Translations under genes and position numbers: made by a program
Assembly: GCA_030704615.1 (NCBI GenBank)
Contig: CM060732.1
Location: forward strand, 25,544,001-25,608,000
Direction: 5' to 3'
DNA length: 64,000 bases
Source of the DNA: Takakia lepidozioides
Lineage: Eukaryota > Plantae > Bryophyta
Shown: piece after piece, positions 50,081-61,614 of the stretch
Layout of the letters: each line of letters opens with the position of its first letter
Numbering within the stretch: the first letter of the stretch is position 1
The notes under the pieces: generated by a model
Databases searched by the model: none
What the model was told of the DNA's origin: nothing
Seen by the model: only the letters and a program-made list of their open reading frames with translations

Positions 50081-53000
50081 TGTCGCGCACCTCACTTCGG
50101 TAAGCTCCCCCTCAAGTCATAGTTATTCGCTTTGATGCGCGCGCCTGACTCCCAACCTGGCCGCCGGGCCAACTTGGAGCTGCGGCTGCTCACTGGGGCA
50201 TAACGGTCCCCCTTTGTTCTCCCAAAGAACCCTCCACCGATTTGGAACCAGCGGGAATTCCCTTTGGTAGTTGGCAGTCCGGAACAGCTCCCCACTCTTT
50301 GGTCGCTTTCCGGCTCGCTCGCTTACTCACTAGTTTTTGGTCACCAACGGGCTTGCACCGTTCTCGGGGTTACTACTCCCTATATATACTTCTGTAGCTG
50401 TCCGCGGGGGTTTCACAACCAGCCATGCCATTTTATGGCGAACCACCACGAAAACCCTCGACTCCCGGTGATGAGTCGCGGTGAGTCTTGGCCCACTCAC
50501 CACGACCCCTATGGACCGTGATGAGTCCCAAGACTCCCCACGACTCCCACCACGAGGTCTCCGCCCCCATGGTGAGTCCTATGCCACCCCCACTAAGTCC
50601 CGCTAAACTACCACCACCCCTTGTGGAGCCACCCCCACCGCAACCCGGTGTGCGGGGCTCCACCTAGTGAGCGCCTCCGCCTCCTTGAGTGCCTTGGGCA
50701 CTCAAGGGTGCTTCAGCCCCCCATACCTATCGTTGCCGCTGCCCCCACCACAGGGGCAGCCCCTCATGTGTCCCGACCCCCTGCCCTCAAGGCAAAGGGC
50801 CGCGGCACACACCCCTACCAACAGGGAGTCGATGTCCTCATCGACTTGTCCATTTTGTAGAAACGAACATCCAAGTTGTGGCGTCCCACATCAAGGAGTT
50901 TGTTTCCGTACCATGGCGTCCCATGGCAAAGAACCAACCCCACACTTGACTCTACTCTCCACTAGCTAGTTCGGCCGACTTCCTCCAAGTCCCGGCCAGG
51001 GGTGGAGCCTCTCAAGCTCCTCCCAGTGCACTCTTCTGGCCTTCTTCAAGGTCAAGGAACGATCCTCCCCGAGGATCGAATCGCCTTACTGCAACAACAT
51101 TGCTTGCGATCGCTCCTGATGCTGCTTTTGGCATCACTTTGCGCAAGGGTTCACCTCGAACCCTCTTTGACTAGGACGATAACCTTGAAACAACCGTGCG
51201 CCCCAATCACTACAATTGGGTCCGTCTTGGAATGCTGGCCTGAGGTACGGGGACACGTCGAAGCCGCACTACGACTTCGTCCCGAGGCTACACGATTATA
51301 GTACGTGAACGGAAGCACATAGCTTCCGCGTTAGCCCGCACTACAAGGCAACCACCTCGGTAGCGCAGTTATAGTACGCGCACGCGCCAGGTGCGCACTA
51401 TCACGTGAACTCCCAAAGAAGGTGCATGTTTCCTTGCCCCTTGGATGGGAGTCACCCGATTTCGGCACTGCGCAAACACACGATTAACCCAATTTACCTC
51501 TCCCACTTTTATAAGCTAGCATGCATTCTACACACTAGCCAACCACACCATGCATCACCATTCCAAACAAAATAAGACACACAACATTTGGAACCCATTT
51601 CCTTTATAACAAATTTTTGTACAATCCAAGTTTTTGCAATCGGATTACTGAGCTAGCTAACCGGGCTAAGCATGCATTTCCTCCCCCACGCTCCAAGGTT
51701 GATGTCCCCATCAACGCTTCTTCCGCTTTTGAGGTCGCCCTTCGAAACTGCAACCGCCTCGGATGCGTTTCCCATTTCTGAGGCACGCACCCAAGATGCC
51801 TCCACATGATGATAGCCCTTCCATTTAACGAGATACTCCGTTTCTCGGTTCTTGAACCACCTCGACTTAAGTACTGCCTCCACCTCGTACTCAGGTTCAT
51901 TTTCATGATCCAACAGCACAGGTGGCGGACGCAACACTTGATGTCGATTCGGACGCGCTTCATCTTTGAAGTAAGGCTTCAAAAGGGAAACGTGGAATAC
52001 TGGATGCACCTTGCTGTTTGCCGGCATCTCCAATTCATACACGTCCTCATTCATAACCTTCCGGATGCGAAAGGGTCCCGCATACGGAGGTACGAATTTT
52101 GGACTCACTTCCGGAGGTAGTCGGAAATTCTTGATGTTCAACCAGACCTCCGTGCCTGCCTCAAATTTCACTTCCCTCCGCTTCCGATTCGCCTGCCTTT
52201 CATACCGTTTCCTAGCTTTGGCAATGTTGTACTTTGCGAGCTTCAACAAACGCTCGCGTTCTTCCAGTACCGCCGCTACTGCCGGTTCCTCAACGTCCTG
52301 GGCGGCCCAACTTGTCGGCACCAGAGGTGCTTTTCCATAGACCAATACGAAAGGGGAAACTCCCGTTGCGGAGTGTTCTGTGTTATTATAACAGAACTCT
52401 ACCGCGTCTAAGTGTTCCACCCAGTCTGTTTGGTCTGCCGACACGTAATTCCGCAAGATCTGCTTCACTACGGAATTCACTCTTTCTGTTTGGCCGTCGG
52501 TCAGGTCGGAAGGCGGTGCTCATCTTCAGCCTCGTCCCCATCTTCTTCCAAAGTGCCCTCCAAAATTTACTCGTAAACTTTGGATCGCGGTCCGAGACAA
52601 TATCCTTTGGGACTCCATGATGCTTTAAGACGTGGCGAAGTAAAGTCGCCCTGTCTCCTGCGCCGTTGCCGTCTCCTTGGTGGGGATGAAATGGCCCATT
52701 TTACTGAACCTATCCACCACCACCATGATTGCATCGAATCCTTTTGACAGTGGCATAGCAGTCATGAAATCCATCGAGACGCTTTCCCAAGTCCCCTCTG
52801 GAATCGGCAAGGGCTGTAACAGCCCCGCTTGCTTTTTGTACTCGCTCCGGTTTTGTTGGCATGTGGTGCATGTCTTGACATACTCCTCTGCCTCCTCCCT
52901 CAGTTTGGGCCAGAAATACTCTTTCTTCAAGAGTGCCGCAGTGCGCTTGGCTCCGCCGTGGCCCGCAAGCGGGCTATCATGGCATTCTCTCAAGAGACTA

Positions 53001-56000
53001 TCTCTGATCCCTCCCTTCGGCACGTAGAGACGCTTTTGCTTATACCGGAGCAGTCCATTTTGCAAGTGGAACTGCGATTTAACCCCCATCCTCAAGTCTT
53101 GCATCACGGACTTCGCCAGCTCATCCTTCCGGTAAGCCTTCCGGATCTTCCTTTGGAGTGCCGTCTCGCCCCTGTACACCAACAGGAGCTGCTGCTTTCT
53201 ACTTAAAGCATCGGCCACCACATTGTCTCGTCCCGGTTTGTACTGGATATCCACGTCGAACACCGCCAAAGTATCTTGCCACCTAAGTTGTTTTGGAGAC
53301 AACTTGGGCTGCGTGGCAAAATACTTCACTGTGACATTGTCCGTGAACACCTTCACTGGGTTGGAACCAACATAGTGGCGCCAAAGCTCAAGGCAATGCA
53401 CCACCGCCTTCATCTCTTTTTCGTGCGTCGGCCACCGTCGCTCCACTTCATTCAGTTTCTTACTTTCGTAAGCCACTGGACGTCCATCTTGCATAAGTAC
53501 ACCCCCAATCGCGAAGTCCGACGCATCTGTATGAATCTCAAATGGACGATCGAACTCCGAGATTTTCAAGACTGGAGCTTCCGCCATCCGCTGCTTCAAT
53601 TCAGCAAAAGCTTGGCCACAAAATGTGTTCCATACCCAGACTTTGGATTTACACAGAAGGTCCGACAGCGGCCCCGCGATCTTGGCGAAATTTCTCACAT
53701 ACTTCCGGTAATAAGAGGCGAGTCCTAGGAAGGATCGCACTCCCGGGACCGAAGTCGGAGGCTCCCAGTCCAAGATCGCCCTCACCTTTCTGTCATCCAT
53801 TTTGATCCCATCCTGTGTAATCACATGCCCTAAGAACTCCACTTTTGTGACCCCGAATTCGCACTTTGAAGCTTTGGCGTACAGCTTCCCTTCCCGCAAC
53901 TTTTGGAACACCCTTTTGAGGTGCTCCAGGTGCTCCTCCTTTGTTTTCGAGTACACCAAGATGTCGTCGATGTACACGATCACAAAGTCATCCAACCACT
54001 CCTGAAAAAGGCTGTTCATCAGCGTGCTAAAGATCGCAGGTGCATTGGTGAGCCCAAAAGGCATCACCAAGAACTCATATGAACCATACCTTGTCCTGCA
54101 CGCGGTCTTCTCCTCATCTCCTTCCGCCACCCGAATTTGATGATAGCCGGAGCGCAAGTCGATCCGGCTGAAATACTTCGCTCCTGCCAACCGGTCGAAA
54201 AGGTCGTCGATCCTTGGCAAAGGGTACCGGTTTTTAATAGTCACCTTATTCAAAGCCTTGTAATCGACACACATCCGCAGCGTCCCATCCTTCTTGTTTG
54301 CGAATAGCACCGGGGCTCCGTAAGGTGACTTACTCGGCCGGATGTACCCCTTTGACATTAGATCCTTGAGCTGAGTCTTCAGCTCGACCAACTCCTGTGG
54401 CTCAACCGGTAGGGTGCCTTGGCAGGCGGTTCCGATCCCGGTATCACCTCAATCTTGTGGTCAACTCCTCTTCGCGGTGGCAAGCCGCTTGGTAAATCCT
54501 CCGGCATCACATCCTGGTATTTCTCCAAAATCCCCTTGATCCAATCTGGGCTCGGCTCCCCATCGCCTTCTCCCTTCACTTCTCTAATGTAAAGCAAAAA
54601 CTGGGGCTCGTGTGCCTCCTCCACGGCCCACTCCCTTGCTGACAGAAGGTTTATTCGCCCTCCCACGGATTTGGGCGTTTCCGACACTCGTAAGACCTCG
54701 CCACCATTCCCACATGGCAGCGTGACTACTCTCTTGCGGCCATCTATGACCGCTCCGGATTTGCTCAAAAAGGTCATCCCCAAAATGAGATCCACTCCAT
54801 CGATCTCGCAGATGGTGAAGTTCTCACGTCCCTCCCAACTCCCCAGTTGAAGAGGAACATCAAACGCCAACCTTGTCGCCAACTGTGGTTCTCCTTTGGC
54901 AGAACGCACCTCAATAGAGGCCCCCACGTCACTTGTCGGGAGTCCCAACTTTCGCGCCGCCGCCGGCGTCATGAAGGAGTGCGACGCTCCTGTGTCCACC
55001 AACAACGACACGTTAGTTCCGGATATTATCCCATCCACGAACAATAACTGACTCCTTTTACGCAGGGCGCCAGTTTCCTGATACAACTCACAAGAATAGT
55101 TGCCTACCTTGCAAGTCCTGGCGACCACCGCTTCCACCAAGCGACTGATGGTATCTTCCGACAGCTCCGTGGTTGCCCGAGTCATGTTCAATTGTCGAGG
55201 TTTCGTGCACTTCTTGGCCATGTGCCCGGGCTCCCCGCAATTGAAACACACTCCATCAAAGGTCGCCTTCTGTCCGCCATAAGCCGCTCCACCCGCTTTT
55301 CCTTTCGAAGCACAGGGTGCCGCCTTGACGTGTGAAGGCCCTCCCTTCGATTTCCACGTGCCATTGTCGCCGCGTGGCCTATCCCACTTCTTTTCCGGTC
55401 GGAAAGAGTCACCTTCCCGCCGGGTCTTCTTGTGGTTCAGCTCCGTACGGCCTTGTCTCTCACCCCTAGGGACATCCGAGAAACATTCAGCCCTCTCAAT
55501 TGCCTCGTTCAAAGTCTTGGGTGGCTTCTCCTCCAACTTCCGCCTGGCCCATGGGGCCAGTCCCGCCACAAAGTTGAAGACCATTTCTGGTTCTGCCATG
55601 TCCGCGACTTCGAGCAACAGCACATTGAAAGCCTGGACATACCCCCGAATGTCATCTGTTTGCTTCAAATTCCTCATCTTGTCCCGGGCAAGCCAGGACG
55701 CGTTGAGGGGCACAAACTGTCTCTTCATCAATTCCTTGAACCCACTCCAGTTCAAGGTTTCCGGGCTTGGACCTCGGTCGTGAAGGCGTTTCTGCCACCA
55801 TTGTTGAGCATAGCCCCTCAAATAGGTGGGAGCCACTTCCACCCGATCCTCGTCACTCAACTTGGCCGCCCAGAAGTACTGCTCTAGCTCCAGGAGCCAG
55901 GTGTTGAGTGCCTTCCGATTTCGGACGCCCTCGAAGGTGCCGGGTTCCTTAGGCTTCACCTTAAACTTTGCCTTAGTGGAAGTGGCATTAGCCGCCTTCA

Positions 56001-57050
56001 ACACGTCTTTCAACGTCCCGCTAAATTGCGCCAACAACCCTTCCCAAAATGCTGCCGGCATGGGAGGCATCTCTTGGTTTGTCGAAGCTCTCAAGGATTC
56101 CTCGGGCTCCGACTCCTCGGATTCCTCCCGCTCTTGAGCGGCCTCGTTTTCGGAAACATGCATCGCTTCCTCAAACGGCCGCCTCGGTGACACGTCGCCC
56201 CCATCGGGCTCACCAGGATCATCATCTTTTGGGCCGTTCCACTTTCGCTTCGGCTTGCCCGACCCCATGATGAGGCCAATCCCAAGGACGATCGCGTACT
56301 GAACTCTAAGCTCTGATACCAAGTGTCGCGCACCTCACTTCGGTAAGCTCCCCCTCAAGTCATAGTTACTCGCTTTGATGCGCGCGCCTGACTCCCAACC
56401 TGGCCGCCGGGCCAACTTGGAGCTTTGGCTGCTCACCGGGGCATAACGGTCCCCCTTTGTTCTCCCAAAGAACCCTCCACCGATTTGGAACCAGCGGGAA
56501 TTCCCTTTGGTAGTTGGCAGTCTGGAACAACTCCCCACTCTTTGGTCGCTTTCCGGCTCGCTCGCTTACTCACTAGTTTTTGGTCACCAACGGGCTTGCA
56601 CCGTTCTCGGGGTTACTACTCCCTATATATACTTCTGTAGCTGTCCGCGGGGGTTTCACAACCAGCCATGCCATTTTATGGCGAACCACCACGAAAACCC
56701 TCGACTCCCGGTGATGAGTCGCGGTGAGTCTTGGCCCACTCACCACGACCCCTATGGACCGTGATGAGTCCCAAGACTCCCCACGACTCCCACCACGAGG
56801 TCTCCGCCCCCATGGTGAGTCCTATGCCACCCCCACTAAGTCCCGCTAAGCTACCACCACCCCTTGTGGAGCCACCCCCACCGCAACCCGGTGTGCGGGG
56901 CTCCACCTAGTGAGCGCCTCCGCCTCCTTGAGTGCCTTGGGCACTCAAGGGTGCTTCAGCCCCCCATACCTATCGTTGCCGCTGCCCCCACCACAGGGGC
57001 AGCCCCTCATGTGTCCCGACCCCCTGCCCTCAAGGCAAAGGGCCGCGACA
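50081..57050 (-). mobile_element. Chromovirus Ty3/gypsy LTR retrotransposon (Galadriel-like), full length
   Basis: 727-bp LTRs at 50081-50807 and 56324-57050 (TGTCGCG...CGCGACA). PBS-Met TGGTATCAGAGC at 56310-56321. TSD ATAAG/AGAAG. Order gag-PR-RT-RH-IN-chromodomain. The clade call rests on [11 protein letters not shown] and gag motifs. Confidence 0.95.
51653..56322 (-). pseudogene. gag-pol with chromodomain, broken by three 1-2 bp deletions
   Basis: CFNCGEPGHMAKKC; LVDTGA; YIDD; TDAS; SMDF; YEVEAVL..YLVKWKGY..ASW. Frameshifts at ~54395, ~52633 and ~52502. Confidence 0.93.
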
Positions 57051-57427
57051 AGAAGGTACGCTTGCTTCGCTTCACCAAAGCGTTCACATTTTCTTTTTCC
57101 AATATTTTTTGGGTTGAACACCTCAGTCCGACACCTGGGACGATGCAAACACATTTTCTACTTACAAGGATTGAAGTTGAGACCAATGTTGGACAGGTTT
57201 CTTTTTAAGGATTTTGAAAAGGGGTACGAGTGGCTATATATAGTGGATGTAGGGTAGTGCAAGTGGCCCACTTTAGGTAATTTTCCTCAAATTGGTAGGC
57301 TACATGTATTTCCACTCTAGTCATATTCTGTAAATCAAATGGAAAAAGTATGACGCCTCCTGAAGGCCTTATGACTTCACCACAAGGGCTACTACCTTCT
57401 AACTTAAAGGTGGACACCTTCATGACA

Positions 57428-57496
57428 CACCAGACCGTGGTTTGAACCCACAACCACATCCAACGTGGTATGTGCCCATTACCACTGGGCTACATG
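57428..57496 (-). other. tRNA-derived (SINE-like) remnant
   Basis: A-box-like TAGCCCAGTGG and B-box GGTTCAAACC at tRNA spacing; no clean cloverleaf. Confidence 0.4.
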
Positions 57497-58354
57497 TTGG
57501 TTGTCTCTCGAATCAAATGGATGTTGATGAGCAATAGAAGGTGAAGTACAGAAATAGTTGAAAGCCATAATAGATGACTCGAATTCTTTCTATGTGAAAA
57601 CCATAGGCTAATTGGTACATATGAGGTGTATAGTTCTGGTAGGCAGGCGACGAGCATCTCCATGGAAAACGGAGGAAGTCCCACAACCCTAAACCCAATC
57701 CTCGTCTGGCCGTCAGATCATCCTGCATGGAGCCCGCCATGGCTACATTTGGTGAGGACCTTTCTAAGGCCCCCCCTTTTTGACGAAATCATTCGCCAAG
57801 GGGATTTTCAGGCGGCCAAATGGCGAAAAATCGCCAATAAAAAAAACGCTGGTGTTGGAGTGGTATCATATTTTGAACATACCAAACCAGTATTAGGACA
57901 AATCTGATATTTGAATACCATGGTGGTATCAATAATACAATGGTGTGGTGTTTTGCTAGTCTCAATAACAAGAGTTTTGAAAAACCATACCAGGGCATTA
58001 TCAATACAAAAGATAATGAGGAATAATGTAAGAACTTAATGCACTAGTGCAACCTCTGACAGGATGGTACCCCGGTTTTCGACGTGTCAAATCTTCCCCA
58101 CCCTCTTTTGAGAGTGACATGAAACCGAAGGACCGAAGGAGTGTAAACTGCATTCAGGGTTACATTGGGTTAAACGACAAGGTGCATAACTCCACTCGGG
58201 GTTACACAGAATGGAGTGTAACTCCACTCGGGGTACTCACTCTTGGTCTCGAAATTTTGAACTTAGTCCATAGTTACATGAGAGATTGGGGTAACCCCAG
58301 CTTTCAGTAAGCTGTAGCCCAATTGGAATACTAATACTTGGGGTACACTACAAG

Positions 58355-58425
58355 AGCCTCCCATCAAGGATTGAACCCGAAACCTCGCCGCCTGCAATGC
58401 TATCACCTTACCATCACGCTACCTA
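58355..58425 (-). other. tRNA-derived (SINE-like) remnant
   Basis: A-box-like TAGCGTGATGG and B-box GGTTCAATCC. Confidence 0.4.
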
Positions 58426-60364
58426 CCACAACATGAAACCCACTTGGATTCTTAAGTACTAGGGCTTCACGTTGCTCCGCACTACTAGCGACGAATTCTG
58501 AGAACAACATCCAGATAGATGGGCTATATTCAAGTTTTATGAACATCATATTCTAATCAACGGAGAAAATGTGGTCAAAGGACCTTACACTGTGTCAAGC
58601 CTCCGATTGTTGTGGTGTGCTGAATCATGCTCCCTAGTTTTCCCTTCCTCTTATGTTTTGCCAAAGCAAGAGAGCCCATTGCAATTTGAGGATTGTTTCA
58701 TTTGATATTAATTTGACGGGTGTAATGACTTTTGCTCGTTTTGATACAACAAGTAGATTTTGTTTATAAATATTATTTATATGATATATTTTTCAGCTTT
58801 ATTTTCCTTGGTTTAGATTTCAAATCGTTTGGATTTTGATTTAATGTCATGGTTTCATGGTTGTTTTTTTATTTAATGCATATTTGTTCCGGCGTTCATC
58901 ATTTATTGTCTTTTCCCTTAATAAATTTTTTTGTCTTTATTTAAAGCATATGTTATCTGGATTCTGTCTGTCCGCATTAACATTTTGTTAACGACCATAT
59001 ATCCGAAGATATATTTTTGAAAAAACATAGTTGTCTACATAAACATAATTAGCTTGACAACAATTATTGTTCTGAAAAAAATCTTTTGTCTTGATAAAGA
59101 ATACTGATATTGATATTGATATTTCTCTTCAAAGTTGAAGGTAATTTGTTTTATGAGCTCTCCTTGTTGATTTTCTAGTTCATTTTGTTTTTCCTAATTT
59201 GATCATCATGTTTGGCTCTTTCCGGCCTTGGAACCCGTGAAGGTCATAAGTTCTCTTCTGATGCGTCTATTGCAATCCTGCTTGGATGCAATTTCCAGGC
59301 CATGCGTATTTGTGGCAATAGGGAAGCAAACGAAGAGTCCATTGTGCTTAAAATTGTTGGAGACCCGGGCATACTAGGAGGGGTTGAGACCAGTGGGTTT
59401 GAGCCTGATAGATGTTTGAGGGCGTATTAAAGATTTTAAGCTGGAAGATGACCTCAGTTATTTACGCACATAGAAGCTGTGATGGTGTTGTACCTTTAGC
59501 CCCAAGCATTCCATGGAGGAAGAAAAAAAAATCATTACGTCCATAGGAACCTCAAAGAGCTTAGAAAAAAGATTTCCAATATCCCCGAAGAGGAAGGAAC
59601 TTATTAAATCCCTGGTAATCTCAAGAGCTTATTGAACAAGACCGCCTAACAAAGAAAAGAAAAGAAATGAAATGGTACTTTATAAGACAAAACTAGAGCC
59701 AAAAAGCAGCCCAAATGCAACTACTGCTCGAGGGATTGCCCAAGGGTCTAGGCCTCGTGCAGGTAAGCTGCCAAGCATTTCTGACCCTCATAATGGAGAC
59801 TTCAGTGAGAGATTGAGTGGATTCTCACACAGATCTCATAATACAGAGGGCACTAAAAGAAGTGTTCTTCAATTTCAATTTCCTGGTTGCACCTGGTGCA
59901 AGCTGGGCATAGGCAGTCTTCCCGTTGCAGGAAAAGAAAGAGAATTAAATGAAATGGCTTATAACATCCGCAGAAAGCTCAAAGAGCTTATGGGACAAAA
60001 TGGGGAAAAACAAGAGATAGGCTCGACAAAACCAAAGCCAAAAATCAGCCCAAAAGCAACTACTGCTCCCTTCTCCTGCTTTGTCCCAATCAAGCATCAA
60101 ATTTCGAACCAGAAAATATCACAACTGGTGGACTACACATTCAACTGCATCTCCTTTTTAAATCTTCACTATCTCAGCCATTCAAATCTAATGTAAGTAT
60201 GGTCTAACACAACCTCGCTGCAGTGTCACACACAACAAAGCATAACGAAGAGATGCATTACCGGGGGCTTCCTGTAGGTGGCCAAATGATAAACAAACCC
60301 TACTAAATAACAAAAATTTAGGACACAAGTAGCATGGGGGACAGGCAGTATGAGAAAAGAAAAG

Positions 60365-61463
60365 ACCAATACCAATGGCCAGCTTCTCACTGTGGTGGCA
60401 AAGAAAAAATTCCATTTCCTCCTCCCCCACATCATGCAATACAAAGCGCGTGTCATGCACATACCCCGCCTCCTTCATCTGCCCAGACAATCTTCTCAGC
60501 TCAGCATGGATTTCCTTAATTGGGATGCAACTTGTCATCTACAGCGAAGGTGTGCACCCTGTTGCCAACCCCAATGCAGCAGCGACCTGGCTCTTTTCTA
60601 ACCCCTCTGACCTTCATCATTCTTCTCACCTTTGCAGTATCATCCCACTTGCCAGCTGCAGCATACATGTTTGATAGCAACACATAAGTTGCGGCATCCT
60701 GTTCATCCCATTTGAGGATAGATGTTGCCGCACGTTCAGCCATCTCCACATTGCCAAAGATTCTGCAGGCACCAAGCAAGGCCTTCCACACCACAAGATC
60801 TGGATTGATTGGCATCTTATTAATCAGATCCACTGCCTCATCCAGTTGTCCCGCACGTCCAAGAAGGTCCACCATACAGCCAAAAGTGCTTTACTGTCGG
60901 AGTGACACCATGATCTTGATTTCCTTCATTCAGTAGGCCAGTGTGGCCGCATGCAGAGAGAACACATATAAAGGTGAGACTGTCCGGCTTCAAGCCATTC
61001 TTTTGCATTCCTTCAAATAGTTGCAGGACCTCCGTATGACAACCATGCTGGGCATATCCTGCGATCATTTTACTCCAGGTAAACATATCCCATGCAGGCA
61101 TTTGTAAAACATTTGGCGTGCATCCACCAAGCTCCCACACTTGGCATACATGTTGACAAGGGTGTTGAGCAGGAAGATGTTTGGCTTGAATCTGCTTTGG
61201 ATAATGCGGGTATGCGCTTGCTTTCCCTCTACTAGGCTTTTCATTTTGACACAATCTGGCAACAAGCACATGTAAGTACTGTAGTCTGCCCAAATGTCGT
61301 GCTCATTTAAAATATGCAACACCCCTTGTGGTCTGCCCGTTTTCCACAGTGTCCTCACATCCCCACAATTGACACAAGAGGTTGGTGGTGTGCTGATGGT
61401 GGAGGCAGTTCCCCTCTTGCACAGGCCTGCCATCCTGCATAACTCTAAATTACAAATTTTCAA
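60365..61463 (-). pseudogene. PLS-E-DYW PPR pseudogene (internal deletion; DYW truncated after HSEKLA)
   Basis: MVDLLGRAG; KEPGRCCI; GYVHDTRFVLHDV...HHSEKLAIGIGL; frameshifts. Confidence 0.9.
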
Positions 61464-61614
61464 AGAAATCTCTCCATGACAACAGGCTTCGCGCTATCAA
61501 ACCACCAGAGTCATCTAGATCGTACGAGTTAGAAGTCTTAAAACAATACGCATTTGTTGACACGGAACAACATGGTTTACATTGACATTGGATCCCACCA
61601 TCAGGTTGTGCTTG

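Noticed and set aside
50460-50560. Possible hammerhead ribozyme in the chromovirus LTR (TGATGAGTC twice)
   Set aside because: No CTGATGA...GAAA core with flanking helices on either strand.
54379-54400. Programmed gag-pol frameshift
   Set aside because: It falls inside the RT N-terminus (YRLS..EL), has no slippery heptamer, and looks like a 1-bp deletion.
52011-56270. Plus-strand ORFs over the chromovirus and antisense ORFs over the PPRs
   Set aside because: Shadow frames of real coding sequence on the opposite strand.
59672-60196. 174-aa ORF
   Set aside because: Built from a local duplicated A-rich segment; no recognisable domain.
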